From Plasmodiophora brassicae (lineage: Eukaryota): DNA of 64,000 nt. Positions 22,646 to 33,970 of this stretch are shown piece by piece; the stretch's first letter is position 1, and each line of letters opens with the position of its first letter. Made by a program: the position numbers and the translations under genes. The notes beneath the pieces were generated by a model. It made no database searches. It worked only from the letters and a program-made list of their open reading frames with translations, and was not told the origin of the DNA. The DNA lies in NCBI GenBank assembly GCA_036867785.1, contig CP145427.1, forward strand, positions 310,001 to 374,000, given 5' to 3'.

Positions 22646-24824
22646 ATGACGATCGGTCGTCGGCCCGGGCCGCCCGCCGGGTTCCAGGGCAGCACGCAGC
22701 CGTCGCGGTTCCACGTCGCTGATTCCGCGGCGACATCGTCCGACCTGGACCTGCACGCGGTCAGCCTTTCCATCGGGGGCCGCGACCTGCTGGTCGAAGC
22801 GCATTTGCAGCTGTTCCAGGGCATGCGGTATGGGCTGTTCGGGCGCAATGGGACCGGTATACGCGCTGGCGTCATTCACGAACGTCTGCTCGTGTAACGC
22901 ATGTCGTGTGCGTCCAGGCAAATCGCTGCTGCTGAAGAGCATCGCGTACCGGTGGTTGCCGGGCGTGCCCAGCGACTGCTCGATCTTCTACGTCGACCAG
23001 CTGGAATCCGAGGAGCATCTCGACGCGACCGTGATCGACCTGGTTCTGTCCGCCGACTTCGCGACGGCGACAACGCTGTCGCGGATCGATGCCCTCGCGG
23101 CGGCCCTCGAAGCCAACGACGTGGGCGCGTTGCGCGCGATCAAAAGGGAGACCATGCTGGAGCGCATCGGCGATGCCGAGCAGGTCGTGTCGAAGACAAC
23201 CGGGGAGCGAGGGTACCGAGCGCGCGGCAAGCTTGTCGCTCTGCAGTCCGATCTGTCCAAGTTCGATCTGATCGGTGTGTACACACGTGATGTCGTCGTC
23301 GTTGCAATCCTGACCGGCGCTCGTCAGATGGCGATTCATCGCTGGTGGACGAAATGCAGGCGCTGCTGGTGGCGCTTCAGTCGCAGGTCGAGGACCGTTC
23401 CGTCTACCGGGTCAAGGCCGAGAAGGCGCTGGCATCGCTCGGGTTCGATCGGTCCACGTTCGACCGGAAGCTGCGACAGCTGTCGGGCGGGTGGCGCATT
23501 CGTGTGGCGCTCGCCATGGCTGTCTACATCGAGCCGCAGATCCTGCTTCTCGACGAGCCCACCAACCACCTGGACATCTCCGGGATCCTCTGGCTGAAAC
23601 GGTACATCGCCAGGCTGACCGACATGACGATCGTGATCGTGTCACACGATCGGAACTTCCTCGACGGCATCGACTACGTCCTGCACCTGCAGAATTGCAA
23701 GCTGACGCTGTACGCCGGCGACTACGAAACGTTCGTGGAGACGCGCGAGGAGCAGCGCCTGCATCGTGCGACGCAACGCAGCGCGTTGGACAAGAAACGC
23801 AGCAAGATGCAGGCCAGCATACAAGCGGAACGCACGCGAGCATCCCGGTCAGGCGATGACAAACACCTCAAGCAAGCCGCGTCTCGCCACAAGGTACGGA
23901 ACCGTGTCGCCCATCGGTAGCAAGCATGCTGACGCGCGCGCTATCGGCGTTGCCAGAAACTGAGCGAACGGCTTGGTGTTGAAACGAACCAACTCGGGCA
24001 TCGGTTCAAGCTGAACCGGGACCGGGTCGGTTGGCATCACAGCAGGCGGGGCGACGTCGAGGAGGAGTTCCACGAGCAGGCCCTCGTCTGGAGGCTGCCC
24101 GAGCCGTCGGCGCTGCGTTCACCTGGACCGATCATCGACGTTGGCAACGTGTCGTTCGCGTACGCACCCAGCCTGCCGCCGACGCTGACCAACGTCACGC
24201 TGGCGGTGGACCAGGGCGCGCGTATCGCGATCATCGGCCGCAACGGCCAGGGCAAGTCAACGCTGATGAACCTGATGGTGGGGCGGATCGCGCCCACGTC
24301 CGGCACGATTCGAACGCACCCGCAGGCCACGATCTCGTACTTTGAGCAGCATTTCGTGGACGTGGCTCGAGGCGTTCACGACACCTGCCTCGAATACGTC
24401 AAACGGCGGTTCCCGTCGCTGTCCAAGCAGGACGCGTACGCGGCGCTGGGCGCCTTCCATCTGGCCGACCAGGCTCAGCAGCCGGTTCGCGCCCTGTCCG
24501 GTGGCCAAACGGTGCGCCTGGCGTTCTCGTGCCTGGCCCTCGAGCATCCGCATGCCGTTTTCCTCGATGAGGTACGCCTGTCTGGCATTGTCGTACCCGG
24601 CGAAGCATCCTGAAACGGGGGTCTCGTGTGCACAGCCTGTGAACCACCTGGACCTGGACGCGATCGACGCCCTGATCGAGTGCCTGCAGGAGTACACGGG
24701 CGCCGTCGTCGTCATCTCGCACGACATCTTCTTCATCAAATCCCTGCAGTGCTCTGCGATCTACGACGTGCGCGGCGCCGGTCTCCACCCCGTCAAGTCG
24801 ATCGACAACGTCTACAAGCCCTGA
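22646..24824 (+). CDS. ABC-F family ATPase (GCN20/ABCF-like), multi-exon
   Basis: Two NBDs and no TM domain: RYGLFGRNGTG|KS, LSGGWRIRVALA, LLLDEPTNHLD, IVSHDRNFLD; GRNGQGKST, LSGGQTVR, FLDE|PVNHLD, VISHD. Start codon uncertain. Confidence 0.9.
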
Positions 24825-24958
24825 TACGCGTATTCGCGCCCCCTCCCCCCGTCTCTCGCTTCGGCGTAGAGCAGCCGACTACGCGAAGGGTGATGGAGAT
24901 CGCCACGAGCGAGAAGGCTGGCCGGGCGCCGTTGGGCCCCAACGATCTACCGTAGGCA

Positions 24959-27900
24959 TCATTTAATGAATTGCGGTTTAAACCCGGTTCGACTGGGAAG
25001 GATATCAGCTAGCGACGAGACCGGCAGGGACGGCGTACGAGGAGCGGCGTTCGCCGCCAGCAGCCTGGCCTGCCGGAGCAGGATCTGGTTCCGGATCGAC
25101 AGGCGCTCGTTGTGCGACGCGGCGGCCCGCGCCTCGGCACGGAGGACGGCGACGCGCGTCTGCAACCGCACGACGGCCTTCAGCGAGCTCATCGTCGTCG
25201 CGTGCAGGGCGCTGCGAACGCGTTCGCGCTTGCGCCTCGTCATCAGGTCGCCGCCGGGTATCGCCGTCAGGACGACCGACGCGCTCAGCGCCTCGTCACC
25301 CGCCTTGGACCAGACCAGCTCGGACAGCCGCTTCTTGCGATGGCCACCGGTCAGGCCGGCCGCCGCGAAGAGCCGCTCCCGATCCGCTGACGACGTGCGC
25401 TTCTTCAGCGCGACGTAGATCTGCGCCCTCTCCACACGAAGCCGTTCGGCGTTCAACGCTTTCGCCGCCGGCGACAGCGCGCTTGCTTCGGCTTGCAGAC
25501 GATGGGCCTCCTCGATGTGCATCATCCAGGACAGGTACGACGGGGGCCCATCGAGCGTCGTCCAGAACTGCGACCGGTACTGCAGGTCGGATCCCAGCTG
25601 ACGCCACAGGTCGCTCAGCTGCAGGCGGCACGAGGCGATGCCCTCCCGGATGACGAACAGCTGGTGCCGACGGACGCGAATGCCCCGCCAGATCGCCTGG
25701 ATCGACACGACGCGCGCGTGCATCACCAGGTACCGTCGTCGTTGGATCTGCATGCGCAGATGCGACTGGACGCGAACGATCAGGCGCAGGGCGCGGTGCC
25801 GCTTGGCGATCTCGGCCAGGGAAGCGACGGCGGCCTGAAGCGTGACGACCGACGCCTGGACGAGGCGCGCCCGCACGACGCTCTTGTAGGTTTGGAGCGC
25901 GCCGGTGAGGACGTGGGCAGAGCGGACGACAGCGAGAAGCGCCCGGTGTGCCCGACACAGGTACACGTGCAGGGCGGACTGGGCCAGGAACGCTGCACGA
26001 CGTCGCCGGACGAAACGCCAGCGCTGGCCGATAAACACGGCGCAGCGGCGTAACGCGCTGAACCGGGCACGAAGGCGGTACCCGCGGTACCGGGTCTGGA
26101 TGGCGAGGGCGCCCCGACGGATCCGCTCCCAGGACTGGAACTGGGGCGCCACACGACCTTTCATCAGGTCGTTGTTGACGCGTCGCGCCAGCGTCGACAC
26201 GACGGCCCGGCGCTGCTCGGTGGACTTGATCAACGCGTCGACGTGACGGGGCGCCCCGAACGCGGACGCCTTCAGCCTCGGGAACTGGACGTACTCGTAG
26301 ACGGCGTCGTCGGGGATCCCGACATGGTTCGGCAGCGGGGCCACGAACGTCGTCGTCACCGCGGACGACGTATCGTCGAGGAACGGCGTCGACCGGTGCT
26401 TGTGGAAGTTCGACCGGTTCAGCTTGGCGACGATCACCTCGTCGAAGTACCGCACATCGTCCGGCACGCGGGCACCATCCGACACCGGGCACCGGTCGCG
26501 AATGAAACGCTCGAACATTTGCGTTTCGGTGACGGCGGCGAGCAGCGCCCGGTGGCCATCGGGACAGTCACGCAGGGCGGTTGCCCGGTCGAAGCGGCAA
26601 TCGCCATCGGCGACGATGAACTGGCGGTACCGGCAGAACAGTTTGACCATGAACCGCAGGAACTGCTCCCGAACGATGTCGGCATCGACCTTGAGGCCGT
26701 CGCTGCCCTCAGGGGCCGACGGTGCCGACAGGTCCCGTTTCGGCGAACGAATGAAACGGAGCAGCGATGGTTTCGACATCGAATTGCCGGCGGTCTTCGC
26801 GGACGTGCCACTCTCGTCGACAAGCAGGCCGGTCTCGCCGAACTTCTCGATCGGCTGCAGGTGTTCGCTGAACGGGTAGACGGCGCCGAGGTCCCTGGGC
26901 GCGCTGAGCCCAGCAATGACGGGCCTCAGGCCGTCGAGCAGCTTGCGCAACGATTTGTCAGGGAGCGGCGGCAACGTGTCGGCCGCCGGCATCAGCACCT
27001 CGTTGCTGTCCAGGTTGAAGATGAGAACGTCCGACGGGATGTCGATCGCGTGCGGCCCCGAAAGGAGCGCCGAGGAGACGCCGGCGATAAACGGGACAGG
27101 CGAGTGGATGAATTCGGCGAGCCGGCGAGGGAGGACAGGCACGTAGACGCCCTGCCAGTAGAAAGGGAAAATCAGGGCGGTGATCGACTCGGCAACGTCG
27201 ACGAGGGCGGCGCTCTGGGTGCTGCACAGGAGAATCTTCTGCTCGGTCAGCGCAGCCGTGAACAGCGCGACGACATTGTTCAGGTCCAGGCATTGGAACA
27301 ACGTCGACAGCCGGACGTCCGCCAGCGGAAGTGCATTGGGCGGCGGCCTCGTCAGCCGGATCGTAACGTCGGCGACCGAGAACTGGACGGCGATCTTGCC
27401 AGGAGGCGGCACAGGCACCTCGGACACAAAGTTGCCGATGAACCGTTCCAGGGGAAGCGGCGCGGACGACAACGATATGCGATACAGGACCGACAGCCAG
27501 CGCTCGAACGTGACCAGAAACGGCCAGTGCGAGATCAACAGCAGGCACCGAGGCGTGTAGACCGACGTGGCCTGTTCCGGGAATTCGTCGCCGGGGCGGA
27601 GCTCGCCGACAATCTCCATCGGCGACAGGAGCTCCCAGAACATAATCCCGACGACGAACTGGCGGACGCCCTGCGCCGACGTCAACGAGAACGCGACGCG
27701 CGACGGCGGCGACTGCTGCAGCGACAGCCGCAGGCCGTCCGGGAACGCAAACGGGCAGACGGATTCCGCCTGCAACGGGAAATCAGCATGGTCGTCGGCA
27801 GGGTACCGATCGCCGAGCCTCGCGTCGTACGTGCTTTCCAGGAAATGCATCCCGGACGCGTCCGACGTTCGCGACCCGCGTTCGACGGTCAGGAAGTAGT

Positions 27901-28414
27901 CGACGAGGCGCAGGGGCATGGCCGGTTCGCGAGCGACGACCGGCGATGCGACGCGCTCATCGGACGACGTCCGACTTTTCGAGGACGTGAACGCCTTGTC
28001 GACGTATTTCCGGCGAATGAACGCGGCGCGCTCCTCAGTGGAGGCGCCCGGTTTGAGCTTGGCGGACGACGGCAGGTCGCGTTCGTAGAATTCGTTGGCC
28101 TTCAGGTTGCCGACGGCCTGGATGTTGGCGAGCAGGGCGTCGTCCCACTGGTCGAGCGTGATCGAGCGCACGACGCTGACATGGACGCCCAGGGCGCGGT
28201 GCATGCCGACGCAGGCCTTGCAGAGCAGGACGCCGAGGTTGACGGACGCCCATTCGGGGTCGGGCGCGCCGCAGTCGGCGCAGACGTCGTTGCCGGGGCG
28301 CTCCAGTTCGCGCCATAGCTTCGCCAGGACCTGCTTCTGGGACGCGCGCCCCTCGGACGTGCGGCGCCCGGCGACGGGCACGGCCGCGACGCTCGGCGCC
28401 CGCTGCAGCAGCAT
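24959..28414 (-). CDS. ArfGAP + uDENN/DENN/dDENN + IQ motifs + NACK/DUF3490-like C-terminus, intronless
   Basis: CADCGAPDPEWASVNLGVLLCKACVGMHR (ArfGAP); LVDYF...FAFPDG, ALIFPFYWQGVYVPVLP...SPVPFIAG, ETQMFERFI (DENN); IQTRYRGYRLR, IQAIWRGIRVR (IQ). Likely ATG at 28414. Confidence 0.88.
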   Translation of the reverse strand: MLLQRAPSVAAVPVAGRRTSEGRASQKQVLAKLWRELERPGNDVCADCGAPDPEWASVNLGVLLCKACVGMHRALGVHVSVVRSITLDQWDDALLANIQAVGNLKANEFYERDLPSSAKLKPGASTEERAAFIRRKYVDKAFTSSKSRTSSDERVASPVVAREPAMPLRLVDYFLTVERGSRTSDASGMHFLESTYDARLGDRYPADDHADFPLQAESVCPFAFPDGLRLSLQQSPPSRVAFSLTSAQGVRQFVVGIMFWELLSPMEIVGELRPGDEFPEQATSVYTPRCLLLISHWPFLVTFERWLSVLYRISLSSAPLPLERFIGNFVSEVPVPPPGKIAVQFSVADVTIRLTRPPPNALPLADVRLSTLFQCLDLNNVVALFTAALTEQKILLCSTQSAALVDVAESITALIFPFYWQGVYVPVLPRRLAEFIHSPVPFIAGVSSALLSGPHAIDIPSDVLIFNLDSNEVLMPAADTLPPLPDKSLRKLLDGLRPVIAGLSAPRDLGAVYPFSEHLQPIEKFGETGLLVDESGTSAKTAGNSMSKPSLLRFIRSPKRDLSAPSAPEGSDGLKVDADIVREQFLRFMVKLFCRYRQFIVADGDCRFDRATALRDCPDGHRALLAAVTETQMFERFIRDRCPVSDGARVPDDVRYFDEVIVAKLNRSNFHKHRSTPFLDDTSSAVTTTFVAPLPNHVGIPDDAVYEYVQFPRLKASAFGAPRHVDALIKSTEQRRAVVSTLARRVNNDLMKGRVAPQFQSWERIRRGALAIQTRYRGYRLRARFSALRRCAVFIGQRWRFVRRRRAAFLAQSALHVYLCRAHRALLAVVRSAHVLTGALQTYKSVVRARLVQASVVTLQAAVASLAEIAKRHRALRLIVRVQSHLRMQIQRRRYLVMHARVVSIQAIWRGIRVRRHQLFVIREGIASCRLQLSDLWRQLGSDLQYRSQFWTTLDGPPSYLSWMMHIEEAHRLQAEASALSPAAKALNAERLRVERAQIYVALKKRTSSADRERLFAAAGLTGGHRKKRLSELVWSKAGDEALSASVVLTAIPGGDLMTRRKRERVRSALHATTMSSLKAVVRLQTRVAVLRAEARAAASHNERLSIRNQILLRQARLLAANAAPRTPSLPVSSLADILPSRTGFKPQFIK

Positions 28415-28854
28415 TGGCCACGTCGCCGCCACTGGGACGGGGCGACTGTCATCGCGCCCCGCCCGCACGGCCCACTCTGCGCCGAACCCCAAAATAGGAT
28501 CGGCCCGGCCCTCACATGCCCAAAACGACGGCGGCGCAGGGCGACCGAACCAAAAACACACAACGGTCGGCACGCTGGCCTGTTTTTGCAGCAGAAGGTT
28601 CGCGTCGGGTCGGGTGTCGAGATAGGCGCCGTTCGCGGACACTGGTGCCAACGAGTACGGAACAGCTGCTGTTTCAACTTCGGCTGGCGCACACACGCTA
28701 TGGTTCTTACGCCACGGGCGGTCCCGCCTGCGTGTGTGGTCTACCCTACACAGGCAGCGGCGCCGGCAGACTGACAGCTCACTGAACAAAACAAAACGAT
28801 GGCTTCGACTCGGTTTTTTGGGGCTGCGGGAGCGACCTGAACTCGTCGGAGGCG

Positions 28855-30583
28855 ATGGCGATGGTGACGGCGCCAGCGGACGTGTCGGTGCCGGCGCTGG
28901 TGCCGCCCGGCGACGCGACCGGCTGGGTGCCGATCGCGAGTTCGCTGACGGAGGCGATCCGTCGTGGCGATAACATGTCCGACGTGCAGGTCGTGTCCGC
29001 GCCCGCCCCCCCGTGGCGTGCCCAGGTCTGACTGCGTCACCCAGGCGCTGCTGGCCGTGCTTCGCGGCCGGGATACCGCCCAGCAAGGGGCGGTCCTGTC
29101 GAGGTTGGCGGACGGCGGCGCAGTCAGCGCCATCGCGTCGAGGCTGCGGGCGCCGTTACCTGTTGACATGCCGCCTGGATCAGTCTGGTGGCGTGAAGTC
29201 TGCCTGGGGCGGATGACTGATCTGCTGTGCCTGGTGTATTTCGTCAGCTGTGTGGACGCCGTCAAATCGGTCGCACCGCACCGTCTCGCCATCGGTTGGG
29301 TTGCGAGCCGTTCCGTTGCCGCCCGACACCGTTTCGCTGACCCTGGTCGATGCGCGTAGTCCGGGCGTTGCATCGTACGATGACGTCGGCGCCCTTGATG
29401 CACGTGTTCAGGGTGCGTCAGATCACGACAGAGGTGCTGCTCTGGCTCGTCGCTCTGTCGCCCGATTTCGACGCCTTCTCGGCCATACATCAGCAGGGCC
29501 TGCTGCCGATCCTGTACGGTCAGTGTCGCGCGCGCGCCCCTGCGCCCGACGCGCTTCCTGAACGACGCTGACGAATGGTGCAGACCTGATTTCGGGCAAA
29601 GATTCCCCCGGTGACCGACAGGAATGGGTGGTGTACGACTTGAACTCCCCGTCGATCCCGTTCGTGGTCGAGCTGAATTGCATCCGCGTCGTCACGTTCT
29701 ACATGTCCGAATGCAATTACGTGCTGGGGTCCCCGTCCGCCACTGACACTGACCGCGACGCTGCCAAGGCGGCGCTGCTGCAGTGTGAATCGGTTCCGTT
29801 CTTCGAAGCGTACGTCGAGGCCATCAGGCGGAACCATTCCGTCGTGAACCCTGTCCTCCTGGTGAGTCCCGGGGGACGCGACCGTCCAACGAGTACACGC
29901 TGACCGCGTTCCAGCACGATGCTTTGCAACAGTTCCATGTGCTGTGGGTCTTTGGCGGAAGGACGTTCTGTCTCCGCAGAGAGAACGGGCCATGGGCTGA
30001 CCACGCAAGCCAGCTCATGATGACGGCGTTGAAGTCGGTGTCGGTACCTCCAGACGTGGCTGCGTCAGTTGGCGTACACGTTGGGCGGGGCACATGTTGA
30101 CGTGCGGCTATCCTGCAGGTCGCCGTCTGGCGTGCCCCTGGCCTCTGCGCTCGAGTCCATGGTCAAGTCGATCGTGAGCGTCCTGGAACGGAGACGCGAC
30201 CCGTCGTGTGGACCCACGCGACAAGCGATCCATGACCTGCGACAGGTGCGTCACGTCACCCAGTCGGATTGTCCATTGTTTCTGAACGGCCATCGCCCAG
30301 GGATATCGCCTCGCCGTTGCAAAGGCCATGTCGCAGGCGTCGGCGCCGCCCACGCCCGGCACGGACGCGTGCGCCAGGTGCGGCGCGCGCCCCTCGGACC
30401 GGGTCGCGCTGAAGCGCTGCGGCCGATGCGGCACCGCCCAATGTAATACGCAACGCTGCCCCACCGTGTCGCTTGCGCCCTGCGTTGACTGACGTTCGCC
30501 CAGACTGCAGCGTCGAATGCCAGCAGCACGACTGGAAGGTCGGCGGGCACAAGCTGCGCTGTCGAAGGGCGACCCCACCCTAG
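28855..30583 (+). CDS. Multi-exon protein with C-terminal MYND zinc finger
   Basis: Spliced end CARCGARPSDRVALKRCGRCGTAQ|YCSVECQQHDWKVGGHKLRC...*; upstream exons are separated by short GT-AG introns. Start approximate. Confidence 0.78.
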
Positions 30584-30635
30584 CCCATTAACGTTAATAT
30601 ATATGTCGCTGGGCACTCCCCGCAGGACGTTGCTC

Positions 30636-30702
30636 ATGCGTGTCGCAGTAGGCGTCGTCAGCAGCCCTCGGTGTACATAGGTAGGCGATACCGTCGTCGT
30701 CA

Positions 30703-30741
<39 letters not shown>

Positions 30742-31709
30742 TCGTCGTCGACGGCGGATCGGCCACGGACTCCGCGGCTGCCGCTGATGGTCGACATCGT
30801 CACGACGACGGCGCTGCGCGGGTCGCTGCCCGACGCCGACGACAACCGCGACTGGGTGATGGTGGCGGAGGAGGAGGAGGACGGCGCCCGGCTGTTCGTC
30901 CGTCGCGTTCCAGAGTACGTTCCGCTAGGGAGGGGTCGCTCGTATACGACACGCTGACGTCGTTGACCGTGTAGGTCGGCCACCGAGGTCGACCTGATGA
31001 CGGATTTCCTGCGGTTCGGCCGCATCACGAAATGCGTCCTGCACGGCCAGGGGTTCGCCTTCGGTGAGTGAACGCGTCGTTGTCGTGCGCCGCTCGCCCC
31101 CCGTCTGACCCGAACGCGCGCCCGCCCTACAGTCCACTTTGTGCACAAGGCGGACGCGACCGGCGCGTACCACGCGATGAACAACTCGTTCTACCATGGC
31201 GAGAAGCTGCTCGTGGCGATGGCCGCGTCGCCGTCGCCAACGACGACGGTGCAGTACCCGATCCTGTTCGAGAACGTCGCCCCGGATACGCAGCAAAGGT
31301 AACCGCCGGGTCGCGACCGGCCCCAACCCGTTGCCGTCCCGGGTCACGCGCGATCCCTAGGACGTTCGCCGACCTTCTCGGTGCCCTTCGGATCGAGTTC
31401 GACGCTCTCAACGTGTACGACAGCAAGACGCTCGGCCGCGTCTGCCGCGCGTTCTGCCTGCGGCCGGACGCGGCCCGGGCGGCCGTCGCCCGGCTCGACG
31501 GCACCGTTCTGGATGGGAACGCGCTCCGATGCACGATCGTATGGGGGAGCGCTGGCTGCTAGCACACCCGGAACGCGGCCTGACGTGTGTTCGTCGTGCA
31601 GGAGGAACCGGCGCTGCGTTACGCGGGCAAGGCCACCGATGTCCCAGCGGCGCCCGAAGACGACATCGACCGGCGAGCGGAACAATCACGTGTTCATGAC
31701 ACCCGGTAA
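30636..31709 (+). CDS. RNA-binding protein with two RRM domains, multi-exon
   Basis: RLFVRRVPE|SATEVDLMTDFLRFGRITKCVLHGQGFAF|VHFVHKADATGAYHAMNN (RNP2/RNP1); second RRM ...AARAAVARLDGTVLDGNALRC; stop TAA at 31707-31709. Start uncertain. Confidence 0.78.
30692..30750 (+). repeat. (TCG/TCA)n trinucleotide microsatellite, probably encoding poly-Ser
   Basis: CGTCGTCGTCATCGTCGTCGTCGTCATCG... about 19 units. Confidence 0.85.
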
Positions 31710-31783
31710 ACGACGTCCTCCCGGCGCTGGCCACCGTTGCTCTCCCGCGGGTACACGTAGAACCAGGCGGCCTTCTGTACATA

Positions 31784-33572
31784 TCAGACCGCGTTGGCAA
31801 AGGCGGCCAGAGTGAGCAGGGCGGCCGTGACGATCGTTTCGGTGCCGGGATGCTCGCTGGTGTCTGCCGCTGCTGTTGGCGCTGGTGTCGCTCCTGACGT
31901 GGGTGCCGATCCCGCCACCGACCCCTGCTGTGGCGGCGGTGCTTGCGTCGGCTGAGCGCCCATCGTTGGTGCAGGCGTCGTTGTCGTCGTCGACCTGTTG
32001 CGGACCATGCTCTTGGCGAGCATGCTGGTCAGCGGGAACCCGGGCTGGACGTCGTGGTTGACGGTCCAGATGTTGGTGCCGGCGAGGCCTTGCACCTGGC
32101 GATGGTCAGTGCTGGTCGACCAGCGGCTGGCGCACGTGTGCGACGCCTTACGAGGAAGAAGTTGATGTCCTGCTGGAGGTCGTCGGCCGTCGAGTACGAG
32201 TGCAGGACGCGGGTGCCGTCGCCGGCGGTCGTGCAGAAGAACGTCGTCGTCGTCGCCGCGTCGTGCGTCACCGCGATTTGCGGGTTGGCGGCCAGCAGGT
32301 CGACGATCTGGTGGTAGGCCAGCTCGGCGCCCAGGTCGAACCCGAGGTCGGCCTGGTTGTAGGCGCAGGGCGTGCCGGCCGCCAGCCTGTACGCTGCCGG
32401 GCGCGCCTCAGTGGCACACAGCGAGCCGGCACCCGGTGACCACACCGACCTTTCGAGAAGAACCCGACGCCGGCCACGATCTTGTTCGCGGGCAACGCGT
32501 TGAACATCTTCAGCGACTCCACCATCGACACTACCGCGGGGGCATTCGCTCAGTACGCGACGCTCCCCGTTCGCGACCGGGCGCGACCTAACTGCCAACT
32601 TGGTTGCCCTGCAGAGCCGTGTGCGGCTCCGTCTTCTTCAGGTCGCCCAGCGTCATCTCATCTGTCGTTGCGGTGAGCCCCGCCCCTGGCGAACAGCCCA
32701 AGGCAACGTACAGAATTGCAGGTTGATGAAGTTGACGTAATAGTGCAGGTTGGCGAGGTCCAACCCCTCCTGGATGTACCTGCGGGGCGTGTGCTCAGCA
32801 TGCGGACGCGCCCCGAGCCTGGGCGATTCCTCGCTTACGAGGGCGACGATATCAACGACAGGGAGACGAGCAGGTCGGGCTTGCCGTTGGCGACGTCCGC
32901 CCTGATCTGGGCCTGCATCTCGCGCAGCAACGACACGAAGTTGGGCTTGTCGTCGGGGACGCCGCACTTGAGCGGGACGCCCGGCGACTCCCAGTCCAGG
33001 TCGATGCCGTCGAAGCCGTGCTGGCGCACCCAGGCGAGCATGTTGCCGATGAACGTGGCCCGCGTCGCCTGCGTTGCCACACAGGCGGTGAACGCCGGGC
33101 ACGTCTTCGGGTCCACGTTCTGCGTGTCGCCGCCGAACGACAGCATGACCTTGATGTTCGGGTTCGCCTTGCGAACCTGACACACACGAGGCCGGTTATT
33201 ACTACTACCCGGTCGTCGGTGCACGTCGTCGGGCGCGCTGGCGCGTACCGTTGCCAGGACCTGCGCGTAACTGAACGGGTTGTTCGGGTCCAGGTCGGCC
33301 GGGTACATGGTGAAGATCGAGCAGTCGGTGTTGACGTTGGCGAACGAGTAGATCAGGTGGGTCAGCAGCCCGGCCGGGATGTTCGTCGCCGGGAACGGCG
33401 CCTGGTTCGTGAAGAACGCAGCGACGATGCCGGTCGTCACGGGCGGCGTGTTCGGGATCGTCGGGTCCAGCGTCGGGTTGTTCAGGTTCAGGCGCGTCGT
33501 CGGCGCACCTCCATCGGCGACGGTCGCGACAAGCACCACGACGGCGGCAACGACGACGAGTGCGCTTGCCAT
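31784..33572 (-). CDS. GH18 chitinase copy A, secreted, with Ser/Thr/Pro stalk and GPI-like tail
   Basis: Signal peptide; LTHLIYSFA; KVMLSFGG; catalytic FDGIDLDWE (DxxDxDxE); GLAGTNIW; C-terminal IVTAALLTLAAFANAV*. Confidence 0.92.
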
Positions 33573-33970
33573 GTCGTTTGACGGCACCGTCCAGTGTCGC
33601 GATCTGCCTCTGGGAGGTTCGCCGCACGACCCTCCAAGATATTGTTCGTCTGGGCGGACACTCTGGGACGGTGACGCGACCGATACTATCTAGAGAATGT
33701 GCCTGTGACTCTTGTTCTGTGTCTATTGGCAGCGAGCTTGCCGTCCGGCTGGCGTTGTCGGAGCGCCCCGCGCTCGTTACCTGCAACGTTGCTTCGTGTG
33801 ACGATGCATTGCGCGATGGTTCGAACATGTTTACCGTGTAATCGCTCTCCCGATCGGGGTATCGGAGACAGCACGTTGTGATCCTGTCCTTCCGCCCGAC
33901 GGGACTGTGTTAGGGTCGTGAGTACGGTACCGGAGGCTATCGCCAGTCGACGAGGACGACCATTCACTTG

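Noticed and set aside
26243-28318. 691-aa plus-strand ORF
   Set aside because: Antisense shadow of the GC3-rich DENN gene; no motifs.
28415-29086. N-terminal 224 aa of the 1375-aa ORF
   Set aside because: Low-complexity read-through across the intergenic region and antisense to the MYND gene; the real start is more likely 28414.
30594-31184. Minus-strand ORF with a poly-Asp run
   Set aside because: Antisense reading of the TCG microsatellite within the RRM gene.
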